Of a DNA stretch of 26,971 bases, positions 7,843 through 17,277 are shown piece by piece. The notes beneath the pieces are model-generated. The model saw nothing but the letters and a program-made list of their open reading frames with translations, searched no databases and had not been told where the DNA came from. Position 1 is the stretch's first letter. Each line of letters begins with the position of its first letter. The stretch spans positions 1 to 26,971 of the forward strand of contig CAYNYM010000001.1 in the NCBI GenBank assembly GCA_964401325.1. The letters run 5' to 3'. Origin of the DNA: an uncultured Desulfobacteraceae bacterium (GTDB lineage Bacteria; Desulfobacterota; DSM-4660; Desulfatiglandales; HGW-15). The position numbers and the translations under genes are program-made.

Positions 7843-10113
7843 TTACACCTTACCCAATGTCTTAAGGATCTTGTCGGGCATAGCCGGATAGTCTTTGATT
7901 CTTTTGCCGATCGCATTGGAAATGGCCATGAGAACGGCGCTCGGACCGGGCGCAGTCGCTATCTCCCCGGCACCCAAGGCCTTGAAACGATGCGTTTCGA
8001 TCGGTGTTTCCAGAATGACATTCTTCATCTGCGGAAGATCCGGAAATGCCCGCCACTTGTAATCAATCATATTGGCATTCAAGATCCTTCCTGTGGCTTT
8101 ATCCAGGATGGTCTCCTCGAAAAACGCCGTGTCTATTCCCGCTGAGCCCAGACCTCCATAAAGCTGTCCGTCGAGGACGAGCGGATCAATGATTTGACCG
8201 ACATCTGTGGCTTGAACGACCCGAACCAATTCGGACGCCCCGGTATCCACGTCCACCTTCACCTCTACGAATGTCATCATGAAATTTGGCTTGGAAAAGT
8301 CCTCCTTAAATTGGCCGTGCCCTGTAATGGTACGCGTAGGACCCAGGACATCCATCCAGGAAAGGCCGACTTCATGCGCCCCTTCGATATAAATCATGCA
8401 GTCTTCTGTCTCCAGGGTCTCAGCGGGGGTATTAACCTTGGCGGCGGCAATTTCTAAGAGCTGTCGCCTTGCATTCTCCGCCGCTTCTATGACCGCGGAT
8501 CCTATCGCATAGGTCCCCCGGGAACCCACGAGTCCAAATTCAAAGGGGTTGATCATGGTGTCCGGTTCCGTAAGAGAAACGCTCCTAAGAGGCACGTTCA
8601 ATACCTCGGCAACCATCTTACATACACTGCTTCTCTCCCCCATGCCGGATTCACCTATACAACAATGCACGACGGCCCTGCCGTCCCCGCTCAACCTCAC
8701 AGCAGCCTCAGACTCATCTTCCCCCACATCGGCATTCCCGTGTAATCCAACACCCACACCGACCCTCTTTGATCCGTCTACTTCTGTTGACTTGAGCCAC
8801 CCTTTCCATTTATCTTTCCATCCAAAGGCCTCGGCACCTTTTTCCATGGCCTTTCTGTAGTCAAGGCCGTTACAGACGGTCCACACCCCGTTGCGCCAGT
8901 AATAGCCGTCACCGGGCTTGACATAGTTCATCTTAAAGACCTCAAGGGGATCAAGACCGGCTTTTTCAATGGCCAATGTCCAGAGGGGAAGCAGTGCACT
9001 TTTCAGTTCCTGACCGCCGAATCCCCTGACGACGATTGAGGGAACTCGATTAATCGCAACGGCTTTCGTTGTGACATTCCAATTTCGACAGGTGCCCATC
9101 ATCATCTGTGCTTCTCCACAGCCAACGGCCATTTGCCCCTGTGCCATATCTGAAAAGGCGCCCACGCCAACCAACCATTCCCCTTCCACTGCGGTCACCG
9201 TTCCATCATTTTTCATACCGATTTTGGCATGGATACGGCTCCCAAGCCGAACGCCATAGGAGGATAAATGCTGTTCTTTTGAGTAGCACAGTTTGACTGT
9301 CTTCCCTGTCGCTTTCGCCAGCGCGGCGGCGTAAAAAACGACCACCCATGGATTGTTTTTTGAACCGTAGCTCCCGCCGCACTGGACGCCGATCGAACGG
9401 AAATCCGGATATCCCATATACCGCCCGATTTTCATCTTTAACATGCTGGGGCACTGGCTTGATGACCAGACAGTGATCCTGTCCGGCTCTTCCCACTTGA
9501 CAATGACTCCCGGGGCCTCAGGGGGCCGGGGATTCGGGATATTTTCATATCCATACGTCCCTTGCGTGATCACATCGGCCTCCGCAAACCCTTTCTCCGC
9601 ATCGCCCCTCATGATATCTTTCAAGTGCGTAGGTCCGAAAAAGGGGCATCCCGGAGGAAAAAGATTGTTGGGGTACTCATCGTATAGCTGCGCAGCCCCG
9701 GGCTTCATGGCCTCATCCACATCATAAACAGCCGGCAGAATATCATACTCGACATCGATGTGTTCCATCGCCTCCTCGGCGATTGCTTCGGAGGTCGCCG
9801 CCACCAGGGCTACCCCGTCCCCAACAAATCGGACTCTGCGATCCAGCACAAGTTTGTGTGGAAGCGGGATCCCCCCCTTCCAATCTGGCACATTTTTGTG
9901 CGTTAGCACGGCCATGACGCCGGGCAACCTTTCAGCCTCACGTGTATCGATGTGCTTGATATTGGCGTGGGCATGTGGGCTCATCAAGACTTTTGCATAA
10001 ATGATACCCGGCATCTTTAAATCATCAATGTACTTCGCCGCCCCTGTGACGACGTCCATGGCATCTTTCCGAGGTGCGGGTTTGCCGATGTGCCGGTAAT
10101 GCTCCTTAGACAT
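7843..10113 (-). CDS. Xanthine oxidase/aldehyde oxidoreductase-family molybdopterin-binding large subunit
   Basis: Motifs: DVVTGAAKYIDD, GGSYGSK, RGFGG, GSRG, DVGQIIDP, GAGE (catalytic Glu position). Start placed at ATG 10113 from RBS spacing (GGAGG at 10122-10126); 10119 and 10122 are alternatives. Confidence 0.93.
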   Translation of the reverse strand: MSKEHYRHIGKPAPRKDAMDVVTGAAKYIDDLKMPGIIYAKVLMSPHAHANIKHIDTREAERLPGVMAVLTHKNVPDWKGGIPLPHKLVLDRRVRFVGDGVALVAATSEAIAEEAMEHIDVEYDILPAVYDVDEAMKPGAAQLYDEYPNNLFPPGCPFFGPTHLKDIMRGDAEKGFAEADVITQGTYGYENIPNPRPPEAPGVIVKWEEPDRITVWSSSQCPSMLKMKIGRYMGYPDFRSIGVQCGGSYGSKNNPWVVVFYAAALAKATGKTVKLCYSKEQHLSSYGVRLGSRIHAKIGMKNDGTVTAVEGEWLVGVGAFSDMAQGQMAVGCGEAQMMMGTCRNWNVTTKAVAINRVPSIVVRGFGGQELKSALLPLWTLAIEKAGLDPLEVFKMNYVKPGDGYYWRNGVWTVCNGLDYRKAMEKGAEAFGWKDKWKGWLKSTEVDGSKRVGVGVGLHGNADVGEDESEAAVRLSGDGRAVVHCCIGESGMGERSSVCKMVAEVLNVPLRSVSLTEPDTMINPFEFGLVGSRGTYAIGSAVIEAAENARRQLLEIAAAKVNTPAETLETEDCMIYIEGAHEVGLSWMDVLGPTRTITGHGQFKEDFSKPNFMMTFVEVKVDVDTGASELVRVVQATDVGQIIDPLVLDGQLYGGLGSAGIDTAFFEETILDKATGRILNANMIDYKWRAFPDLPQMKNVILETPIETHRFKALGAGEIATAPGPSAVLMAISNAIGKRIKDYPAMPDKILKTLGKV

Positions 10114-10118
10114 ATGCA

Positions 10119-10610
10119 TCACCTCCCTTTCTCCGCGGCCTTAGAAACTGCATCCAGGACATGGTAATGACTTATGCACCTGCAATAGTGTCCGGCAAGA
10201 GCATCCTTTACTTCCTTGTCTGTCGGCAAAGGATTTTCGTTTAGCAAGGCCTTTGAGGTCATAAGGATTCCCGGCGTGCAGAAACCACATTGAAAGGCCG
10301 AATTTTCGATAAAGGCCTTTTGTAACGGGTCGAGTTCCCCGGTCTCAGGACTCCGCAAGCCCTCTATCGTCGTAATACTTTTCCCATCGCACTCAACCGT
10401 CAGCATCATGCAGGAGGGAACCGGTTTCCCATCCAAGAGGACCGTGCAGGCACCGCACGCGCCCCTGTCGCACCCCACCTTCGTCCCTGTAAGATCAAGC
10501 GTCTCTCTCAGGGTGTGAGACAGTGTGTGATTTGGTGCCACTTCGTCGCGATTGTTACCGATCCTCATTTCGTATGATTCCCCATTGACCGTTAGGGTTA
10601 TTTGTTCCAT
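10119..10610 (-). CDS. 2x[2Fe-2S] small subunit of the xanthine-dehydrogenase-family enzyme (CoxS/PaoA-like)
   Basis: Motifs: GTKVGCDRGACGACTVLLDG..C, QCGFCTPG, GHYCRC. Likely start MEQITLTVNG at 10610 (the ORF track extends to 10649). Confidence 0.95.
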   Translation of the reverse strand: MEQITLTVNGESYEMRIGNNRDEVAPNHTLSHTLRETLDLTGTKVGCDRGACGACTVLLDGKPVPSCMMLTVECDGKSITTIEGLRSPETGELDPLQKAFIENSAFQCGFCTPGILMTSKALLNENPLPTDKEVKDALAGHYCRCISHYHVLDAVSKAAEKGR

Positions 10611-10802
10611 TTTTTTCTTCCCCCCCCTCTTTTGTTTCGCTCTTTTCATGTATTCTATCGGGTTGCCCTAAAGTTTTAAAATTCAGGATGACGTTGATCG
10701 AAGGTGCCAAGGGTTACGCTGTGGTGAACTGACGCGAATCCTTGATCCGCCCAGCCCAAGGCTTCATGAGAGAGGGGAACCCGCCCGAAGCGGCCTGAAT
10801 CA

Positions 10803-10827
10803 GAAGATGGAGCATCTTCGGCTTTTT
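10803..10827. terminator. Hairpin GAAGATG-GAG-CATCTTC just downstream of the marR-type gene, with the T-tract on the plus strand
   Basis: Perfect 7-bp stem (10803-10809 / 10813-10819) followed by GGC-TTTTT on the plus strand. It lies 6 nt beyond the stop of the minus-strand regulator. Confidence 0.35.
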
Positions 10828-10832
10828 CAATG

Positions 10833-11306
10833 TCAGGGTTTATTAAGCATGTTCACAAGATTTTTCGTCAAATGCCGCTTTTCTTCTTGGGTCATGTCAC
10901 AAAAAAATTTTTCGTGGTTCTTCGATTTCTCCTCCTCGACCTTGACCAGGGTTTCTGTTCCTTTTAAAGTAATTTCTACAAGAATCACGCGTTCGTCATT
11001 CGGATCCCTCTCTCTAATCACGAATCCTCGTTTCTCCAATCTCTTGAGGAGAGCCGATATATTGGGTCCGGAAACAAGCATTTTTCTGCTCACATTGGTC
11101 GTCGTGGTCTTCCCTCCCTCATAGGTACACAATACCCGAAGAACATTATACTGGGGGAAAGTAATTCCGCTTTTCTTGAAAATCGCACCTTGTTCTCTTT
11201 TTAATCGCTCTGCCACACGCACTAGGTTGAGCATAACTTTTTCATGGAGTGTCAGAGCTTTATCATTCCATCTTTCTAAATTCCGAATATCTTCCGAAAA
11301 ATGCAT
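10833..11306 (-). CDS. MarR-family transcriptional regulator
   Basis: 157 aa. GITFPQYNVLRVL, ISALLKRLEKRGFVIR and DERVILVEITLKG match the winged-helix MarR signature. Confidence 0.93.
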   Translation of the reverse strand: MHFSEDIRNLERWNDKALTLHEKVMLNLVRVAERLKREQGAIFKKSGITFPQYNVLRVLCTYEGGKTTTTNVSRKMLVSGPNISALLKRLEKRGFVIRERDPNDERVILVEITLKGTETLVKVEEEKSKNHEKFFCDMTQEEKRHLTKNLVNMLNKP

Positions 11307-11473
11307 GAAACGAATCTCCTTTTATTCATTAAAAATCATCGTTTTTCTATTGTCTTAAAATTCGTAAAAAATAAGGACTTAAATCTTCATTTTGAAATCC
11401 CGTTGAAACGAAATTATCTGCTGCGACCCCTTGATCCTCAACCGGAGGCACAAACATAAACGAGGAATCCAGC

Positions 11474-12316
11474 CTATTTGAAAAGAATCACGCCCGCATA
11501 ATGGCTCTCTATCAAATCGAGCTCCAGGGTTTTGCGCTCAAACTCCCCCAACAGTATCTCAATGCGATAGGTTCCGCTTTTTTCTTCAAGGTTATCGAAT
11601 TTGAAGTCTCCGAAGCTGTCAGTCACGGTCTCGTCAACCTTGTCGGAACCCTTTTTCAATAGCACTACGGAACCTGCGGCACAGTCCGTTTTCCCGTCGT
11701 GCTCGTAGGCGACGCTTCCGGCGATGAAACACCGCGAATAGCGATATAAATTCTTGTAATAGACATGCGGCTTTGTGCCGTATTCAGAATGCAAACAGGT
11801 AAGATTCTCCGATTCGACGACCTCCTGCATTTTGGCATGCTTACCATAGATCACCCGCATCGCGCCTGTCGGGCAGGCCTGAACGCACCGGGGCTCTTTC
11901 CATCCGTTCTCAAGCAGATGGACGCAAAAGGTGCATTTTTGGGGCAGATCGAGATCCTCATTCCACCAAATGGCGCCATAGGGGCATGCATCGACAAGAC
12001 TCTTTTCGCCTTTGGCCTTTTTCGGATCTATGATAACAATGCCGTCATCCCTCCTATAGACTGCGCCTTCCGGGGCTTTTTTGATGCAAGGAGCATTGTC
12101 GCAGTGCATACAGGGAGTGGGCCGGTAAGCCACATCCACCATTGGAAACCGGCCTCTTTCCTTGCGCATGAGATTGATCCATCGGTGGCCATGCCTGGGT
12201 TGAGACATGGAATAAGGGGGAAAATCGTTCCCGACGAACTCATCCTTGCATGCCAGGAAGCAATTATTACAGTCCTCACATTTTTTTACGTCGATAATCA
12301 GGTTCCATTCTTTCAT
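11474..12316 (-). CDS. Pyrogallol-phloroglucinol transhydroxylase beta-subunit-like 4Fe-4S protein
   Basis: 280 aa. [74 protein letters not shown], plus a C-terminal beta-sandwich ([12 protein letters not shown]), as in the Pelobacter acidigallici beta subunit. ATGA overlap with the alpha gene. Confidence 0.9.
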   Translation of the reverse strand: MKEWNLIIDVKKCEDCNNCFLACKDEFVGNDFPPYSMSQPRHGHRWINLMRKERGRFPMVDVAYRPTPCMHCDNAPCIKKAPEGAVYRRDDGIVIIDPKKAKGEKSLVDACPYGAIWWNEDLDLPQKCTFCVHLLENGWKEPRCVQACPTGAMRVIYGKHAKMQEVVESENLTCLHSEYGTKPHVYYKNLYRYSRCFIAGSVAYEHDGKTDCAAGSVVLLKKGSDKVDETVTDSFGDFKFDNLEEKSGTYRIEILLGEFERKTLELDLIESHYAGVILFK

Positions 12317-15300
12317 TTACTTTCCCTCCCCATATCCCACTTCTCGATCTGAACCAGGCATGAATTATAGGCTGCGGAGTGGGAATTCTTAATCATCGAT
12401 CGACTGGGGGTCAGGAGGTTTATGCAACCGCCACGGTCCGCCGAATTTCCAGGCTCACCCAAGGGGTCATAGATTGCACTGGAAGAAAAAGAGTTGACGG
12501 TTCCCGGCGGAAGTCGCTCGGTCACTTTGGCAGCACAAACGACCGCTCCACGGTCATTAAACACCTTGACCAGTTCATTCTTTTTGATACCGCGATTTTG
12601 GGCATCCTTCGCGGGGATCCTCACAATCCAGTAATAATATCCATCGATCAGGACCCTGTGGTCCTTCACATCGTTAATATAACTGTCCTTCCCATCCGAA
12701 TGGGTATGGAAGCTGAACCTCGGATGGGGTGATAATAACTGCAAAGGATATTTCTCATAGAGCTCCTTGGTATGATGGCCCTCCCAGGATGGAATGTATT
12801 TGCTTATGATTGGCCTCTCTGGGTCGTCCGAATCAAAACGTTTAAGGCTGGAGCATTCAAATTCAATCTTCCCGGATTGGGTTTGAAGGCCTTCCTTGTA
12901 ATTTCCCGAATAGTCTGATGGAAAGGGAGATGGATCCGGGATATCCTTGGGTCGTCCCTCGGCAAACCATCTATATGCACAGGGCGAACGCATTTCCTCC
13001 TTCGGTGGTGGGACAACATAATACCCTTTCTTCAGAAATTTCTTCCAGGAAATGACCTTCGGCAGGTCCGTGCCGTCGAAGTGTCTCTTACACCAATCCA
13101 ACTCTGTCATGCCTTCGGAATAGTAAGCGCTGAGCCCAAGGCGCTCCAACAACCGTGTGAAAATCGCGTAGTCCGGCTTGCTCTCTCCCAGGGGCTCTAT
13201 ACATTTGTGTTGAATATGGATGACACGATGGTTTAATTTGGTATAGTTTCCAAGTGAATAGCCGCCCGCATTGCATGCCTCTCCGATGTCCCATCTCTCA
13301 AAATTGGTGCATGCCGGTAGGATAATGTCGGCAAATTTGACTTCACCCTCCATCCAGATGGACTGGTTCACGACAAATTCCAGCTTGGGGGTCCTATAGG
13401 ATTTAACATAGCGATTGGTATCGTTCATGGTGCCGAAAAAGGATCCCCCATACTTATAATACATTTTTATTTCCGCATGGCCCGGCGCAGGGTATCCGAA
13501 GCGGAAGAACTGGCCCTCAATATTGTTGGGAACTGTTGGAAAGCCTTCACAGCGGCCCTCCAGTATAGCCTCCGGAATCCTCAAACGGGGGACCTTCTGC
13601 ATGACCGTGTTCAGGGTGAGGAGATGGGGCATCCGCTGATAGACATTAGCGGCCGCCCCCGTTGTGGCAAGATCCCCGGAGATACCTCCCTCGGCGTAGC
13701 CCGAGAAGTAGAAGTTAGCGTCAACGGGGGTCCCCATGGTCAGGTTTCCCATGTTGATACCGGGTTTGCCAAGACCCTGCATGGCCATGAGGCAGACCAT
13801 GGACCGGGCCCATTCCGTACCCGTGGCGCAACGACAGGCGCCCCCTTGGGTCTGCCCTGCGCCCCCAGGCGAAAGATAGGTCTTTTTCGTTCCCCACTCC
13901 CTTGCCAGCGCCCGCACATCTTTGGCCGGAACCGTTGTCTCATTTTCCTGCCACTCCGGTGTTTTTGGAACACCATCCTCCTCGCCCAGGATGTAATCCT
14001 TCCATTTTTCAAAGCCCGTGGTTCGCAGGGCGACATACTCCTTGTCATACAAGTCCTCGGTGATCCAAACATAGGCGATCGCCAGGGCCAGGGCATTGCC
14101 GGTGTCAGGTCTGGGAGCAAGCCACTTGCCTCCAAACAGGGCCGCCGTATTGTTGTAATAGGGATCGATGTGCACCATTTTGACCCCCAACTCGCTCATC
14201 CATTGTCGGCGAACAGTGCCCTCGAAGGCACCGTAGGCACCGGGGGCGGATTCAGGGTCACTGGACCAGAACACGATCATGTCGCATTCTTTGAGGGCAT
14301 CCTCCACGGTACCGTAAGGCTCCGCCGTTCCCAGACGCATGCTGTGCCCCCAATGATGCATGGCCCCCCAGTACCATCCCTCCCAACTATCCGGATTTTG
14401 CACAACGGGTGTACCGCCCACGAGCTGCATAAACCGTCGATGGGCGCTCAAATAATAGCCGATATTTCCCCACATATGGTGCGATCCCGGAGTCGTCAAA
14501 ATGGCACCCGGCCCAGAGGTCCTTTTGACCCGTTTAATCTCGTCGGCCACGATATCCAGGGCCTCGTCCCAACCAATGCGTTCATATCCGGAGATCCCCC
14601 TGTTCTCGCAATGGCGAGCACCCTTTGGATCGAAATCAACTCTTTTCATGGGATACATGAGCCTATCAGGTGAATAGATCATGGATTTTGAGGCAAATCC
14701 GTATGGCGCAAGCGTTGTCTTACGAGGGGGACTGAACGTCTTACCCCTTGCCTTAATGGTCCAGGATGCTGGATCGCTCTCGTCGAATTCCACAGGTGTC
14801 ATTCGAATGATCTTGCCCTCTTTCACATAAACAAAGACCGGCATGCCACTAGCATTATTGACATACCGTTTCGTGCCATTCCCCACATCCGTTCCGTAAT
14901 CCGTGCCGATTGTCAGCAGAAGCCCCAATGTCTCCAAGAGCCAGTGCGACAACTCATCGGGACCTTCCAACTCCAATTGGAAATTCTTCATAGCATTAAT
15001 CCGGGTGAGGTGGTCCCAGGGGGGTGACATGCACTCCACCGCCAGGGCCGCACTGTTAAAGGTCATCAAGACATCGGGATTGGGATGGATGCCATTTCTT
15101 GACAGAACGTCCCCGTCTTTGAAGGTAAAATACCGGCCCGCGGAATTATCCTTAACTTTCAATTGCGCAGTAAAACTCTTTTCCTTTAAGCGAGACCTCA
15201 GGGCAGGATATTTTCTGGCGGTCCTATTCAAAAGTTGTTTGATACTAAAGAGCACTATGAGCAGGAAAACCTTATCCACCACTGCTGATTTCCCCAGAAC

Positions 15301-15345
15301 CAGCTTGAATGCAATAGCCTTCAAATTAAAAAAAATTGCTTCCAA
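12313..15345 (-). CDS. Pyrogallol transhydroxylase alpha-subunit-like Mo-bisPGD enzyme (DMSO reductase family) with a ~150-aa N-terminal extension
   Basis: 1010 aa. [34 protein letters not shown] (Ser Mo-ligand motif), [47 protein letters not shown], all closely following the transhydroxylase alpha subunit. TTG start after GGGGAG; exact start uncertain. Confidence 0.9.
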   Translation of the reverse strand: MEAIFFNLKAIAFKLVLGKSAVVDKVFLLIVLFSIKQLLNRTARKYPALRSRLKEKSFTAQLKVKDNSAGRYFTFKDGDVLSRNGIHPNPDVLMTFNSAALAVECMSPPWDHLTRINAMKNFQLELEGPDELSHWLLETLGLLLTIGTDYGTDVGNGTKRYVNNASGMPVFVYVKEGKIIRMTPVEFDESDPASWTIKARGKTFSPPRKTTLAPYGFASKSMIYSPDRLMYPMKRVDFDPKGARHCENRGISGYERIGWDEALDIVADEIKRVKRTSGPGAILTTPGSHHMWGNIGYYLSAHRRFMQLVGGTPVVQNPDSWEGWYWGAMHHWGHSMRLGTAEPYGTVEDALKECDMIVFWSSDPESAPGAYGAFEGTVRRQWMSELGVKMVHIDPYYNNTAALFGGKWLAPRPDTGNALALAIAYVWITEDLYDKEYVALRTTGFEKWKDYILGEEDGVPKTPEWQENETTVPAKDVRALAREWGTKKTYLSPGGAGQTQGGACRCATGTEWARSMVCLMAMQGLGKPGINMGNLTMGTPVDANFYFSGYAEGGISGDLATTGAAANVYQRMPHLLTLNTVMQKVPRLRIPEAILEGRCEGFPTVPNNIEGQFFRFGYPAPGHAEIKMYYKYGGSFFGTMNDTNRYVKSYRTPKLEFVVNQSIWMEGEVKFADIILPACTNFERWDIGEACNAGGYSLGNYTKLNHRVIHIQHKCIEPLGESKPDYAIFTRLLERLGLSAYYSEGMTELDWCKRHFDGTDLPKVISWKKFLKKGYYVVPPPKEEMRSPCAYRWFAEGRPKDIPDPSPFPSDYSGNYKEGLQTQSGKIEFECSSLKRFDSDDPERPIISKYIPSWEGHHTKELYEKYPLQLLSPHPRFSFHTHSDGKDSYINDVKDHRVLIDGYYYWIVRIPAKDAQNRGIKKNELVKVFNDRGAVVCAAKVTERLPPGTVNSFSSSAIYDPLGEPGNSADRGGCINLLTPSRSMIKNSHSAAYNSCLVQIEKWDMGRESK

Positions 15346-15426
15346 ACGATCTCCCCCAGCGTCATGATTAGCAGAGTGCTTTCATTCAAATAGGGGTTCA
15401 GGCAGAAAAGTACGCGCGTTTTTTTC

Positions 15427-16119
15427 TTAATCCCCATCGCTCTTTGTGAGCATCTCTGACAACATTGAAAGTCCTGTCACCGCATCATCAGCCCAGGCAT
15501 CCGCACCGATCTCTTTTGCAAATTCCTGGGAGGTAGCGAGTCCCCCGATAATTGTCTTGACCTTCAATTTTTTGTCATGAATCATGGATACAAGCCGCTT
15601 CATATTAAGCAGCGCGGGGGTCATCAACGCCGACACGGCTATGATATCCGCCTGTTCCTTTTCTGCTGTCGCGATGAATTTTTCCAAGCGAACGTCACGC
15701 CCCAGATCAATGACACGATAACCCCCGGATTCAAAAAGGGCGGAAACCAAATTTTTCCCGAAATCATGAATGTCACCTTCAACCGTTCCAATCACTACCG
15801 TCCCTTTTGTCCGGTCTTGAGTGGCCGAGGTCTTAATCTCAGGAATAAGGAGGTCGAAAGCGCCTTGAATTGTATCGGCCATTAAAAGGAGTTCAGAAAA
15901 TGAGAGATCAAAAGAATGTTGGGCTTTACATGCCGACACCAACTGGGGGAACAGGATATCGTTGACTATCTCAATGGCAGAAAATCCGGAATCCTTGGCC
16001 TCAGAAACCAGGCTTACAAGCCTTTCCTTGTCCCAGTCATGAATGGCAGCACTAATGTTTCGGCAAATGTCTTCCCTATTCACATCCATCTCCACTCGCA
16101 CTGATTTCCGAGTCTCCAT
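15427..16119 (-). CDS. Corrinoid (B12-binding) protein, MtaC/MtbC-like
   Basis: N-terminal helical cap domain plus GTVEGDIHDFGKNLV (DxHxxG), VIDLGRDV, SALMT, IGG, IGADAWADDA. Start at ATG 16119 (GTG 16122 or ATG 16089 possible). Confidence 0.92.
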   Translation of the reverse strand: METRKSVRVEMDVNREDICRNISAAIHDWDKERLVSLVSEAKDSGFSAIEIVNDILFPQLVSACKAQHSFDLSFSELLLMADTIQGAFDLLIPEIKTSATQDRTKGTVVIGTVEGDIHDFGKNLVSALFESGGYRVIDLGRDVRLEKFIATAEKEQADIIAVSALMTPALLNMKRLVSMIHDKKLKVKTIIGGLATSQEFAKEIGADAWADDAVTGLSMLSEMLTKSDGD

Positions 16120-17264
16120 CACGAACCCCCTCGGCCTTCGTGAAGCATGATTTTGAGTCTGGCCTGATTTTCGCGGCGCGCTTTTCCCGTATTGGGCGGT
16201 TTTGCTTTTGTTCCCTCCCAGCCAGGGTTGAATATCAGATCAAGGAGATGCACGGCCGGCTTGTTGACGGCCAAGGCTTCACGGCAGCTTGCGCAGTAAG
16301 TCAATAGGTCATGGACAGCTTCCTCTGCCCTGGCTTTACTTATAATCGGTGCGAGTTTAGGATCGACAAAAGCCATCTGGCCGCCCAGACCGCAGCAACG
16401 GGTTTTTTCCCGCGAATACTTCATCTCTTCAATCTCGTACCCCATTTCCCTGATCAAGTCCCTGACGCTTTCTTGCAGTGCTCCTTCAGATCTGGTCGTG
16501 CAGGGGTCATGAAGAGAAAAAACCTGTCCCCTTGCCTTTATCCGCTCCGGCAAACCGACTTTTAGCAAAACATCACTGATAAAGGTCAGCGTCAACTCCG
16601 GCGCATGCTCCCTGAGGGTTGCATAACATTCCGGACAGGCAACAATGATTTCCTTAGTTCCCAAGTTTTTAAACCTATCGACGGTCTCCCCCAGAACCTC
16701 CTCAAAACGGTCCCTGTCCCCTAAATGAAGGGTCTGGACTCCGCAGCAACTCAACACAATGCCGGTTCCCGGCAGTCTTTCCCGAAGATGCTCATAGGTC
16801 TTGACAGTGAGGGAAGGAGAGTATCCGGGAAGGCTGCAACCGGGGAAAAAGATTCTTTCGCATGTATCGGTATTCAGGTCCGGCAAAGCCAATGAAAAGG
16901 AATCGGAAAGGACATAATCCTGGTTTTTCCTGACAAAGGTGTGTCCCCGCAGGGGACCAAGTCCTTCTTTCACCAGTTGCTCACGCAATTGCAGGCAAAG
17001 GGCACCTATATCCAGTTCATTGGGGCAAATCTGTCGACATAACCCGCAGAGGTTGCACGAGTAAACAATTTCTGGATGCTCGCGAAAAAAGCCCTCCTTG
17101 AATTTTTCGGCCAATTCTCGAGGTGAGGTGCAATACTTCTCCAGAAATTTGCAGTTCTTGACACAAAGACCACACTCCTTGCATTCCTCAATTATGGAAT
17201 CCCATTGAGGCAGCACCTCCCTTTCCCGGCAAGACGCTTCCATTTCTTGGCGTGACGCTTCCAT
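16119..17264 (-). CDS. Fe-S protein: two 4Fe-4S motifs plus two CCG (HdrB/GlpC-like) domains
   Basis: CKECGLCVKNC and CNLCGLCRQICP; FFPGC, CCG, ACPEC, HDPC, RCCGLGG, YCASC. Start at ATG 17264 after AGGAG (the ORF track extends to 17339). Confidence 0.88.
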   Translation of the reverse strand: MEASRQEMEASCREREVLPQWDSIIEECKECGLCVKNCKFLEKYCTSPRELAEKFKEGFFREHPEIVYSCNLCGLCRQICPNELDIGALCLQLREQLVKEGLGPLRGHTFVRKNQDYVLSDSFSLALPDLNTDTCERIFFPGCSLPGYSPSLTVKTYEHLRERLPGTGIVLSCCGVQTLHLGDRDRFEEVLGETVDRFKNLGTKEIIVACPECYATLREHAPELTLTFISDVLLKVGLPERIKARGQVFSLHDPCTTRSEGALQESVRDLIREMGYEIEEMKYSREKTRCCGLGGQMAFVDPKLAPIISKARAEEAVHDLLTYCASCREALAVNKPAVHLLDLIFNPGWEGTKAKPPNTGKARRENQARLKIMLHEGRGGS

Positions 17265-17277
17265 TGCTATTCTCCTG

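Noticed and set aside
15427-16119. HgcA-like mercury methylation protein
   Set aside because: It lacks the N(V/I)WCA(A/G)GK cap-helix motif and transmembrane domain, and has the ordinary DxHxxG His-on motif.
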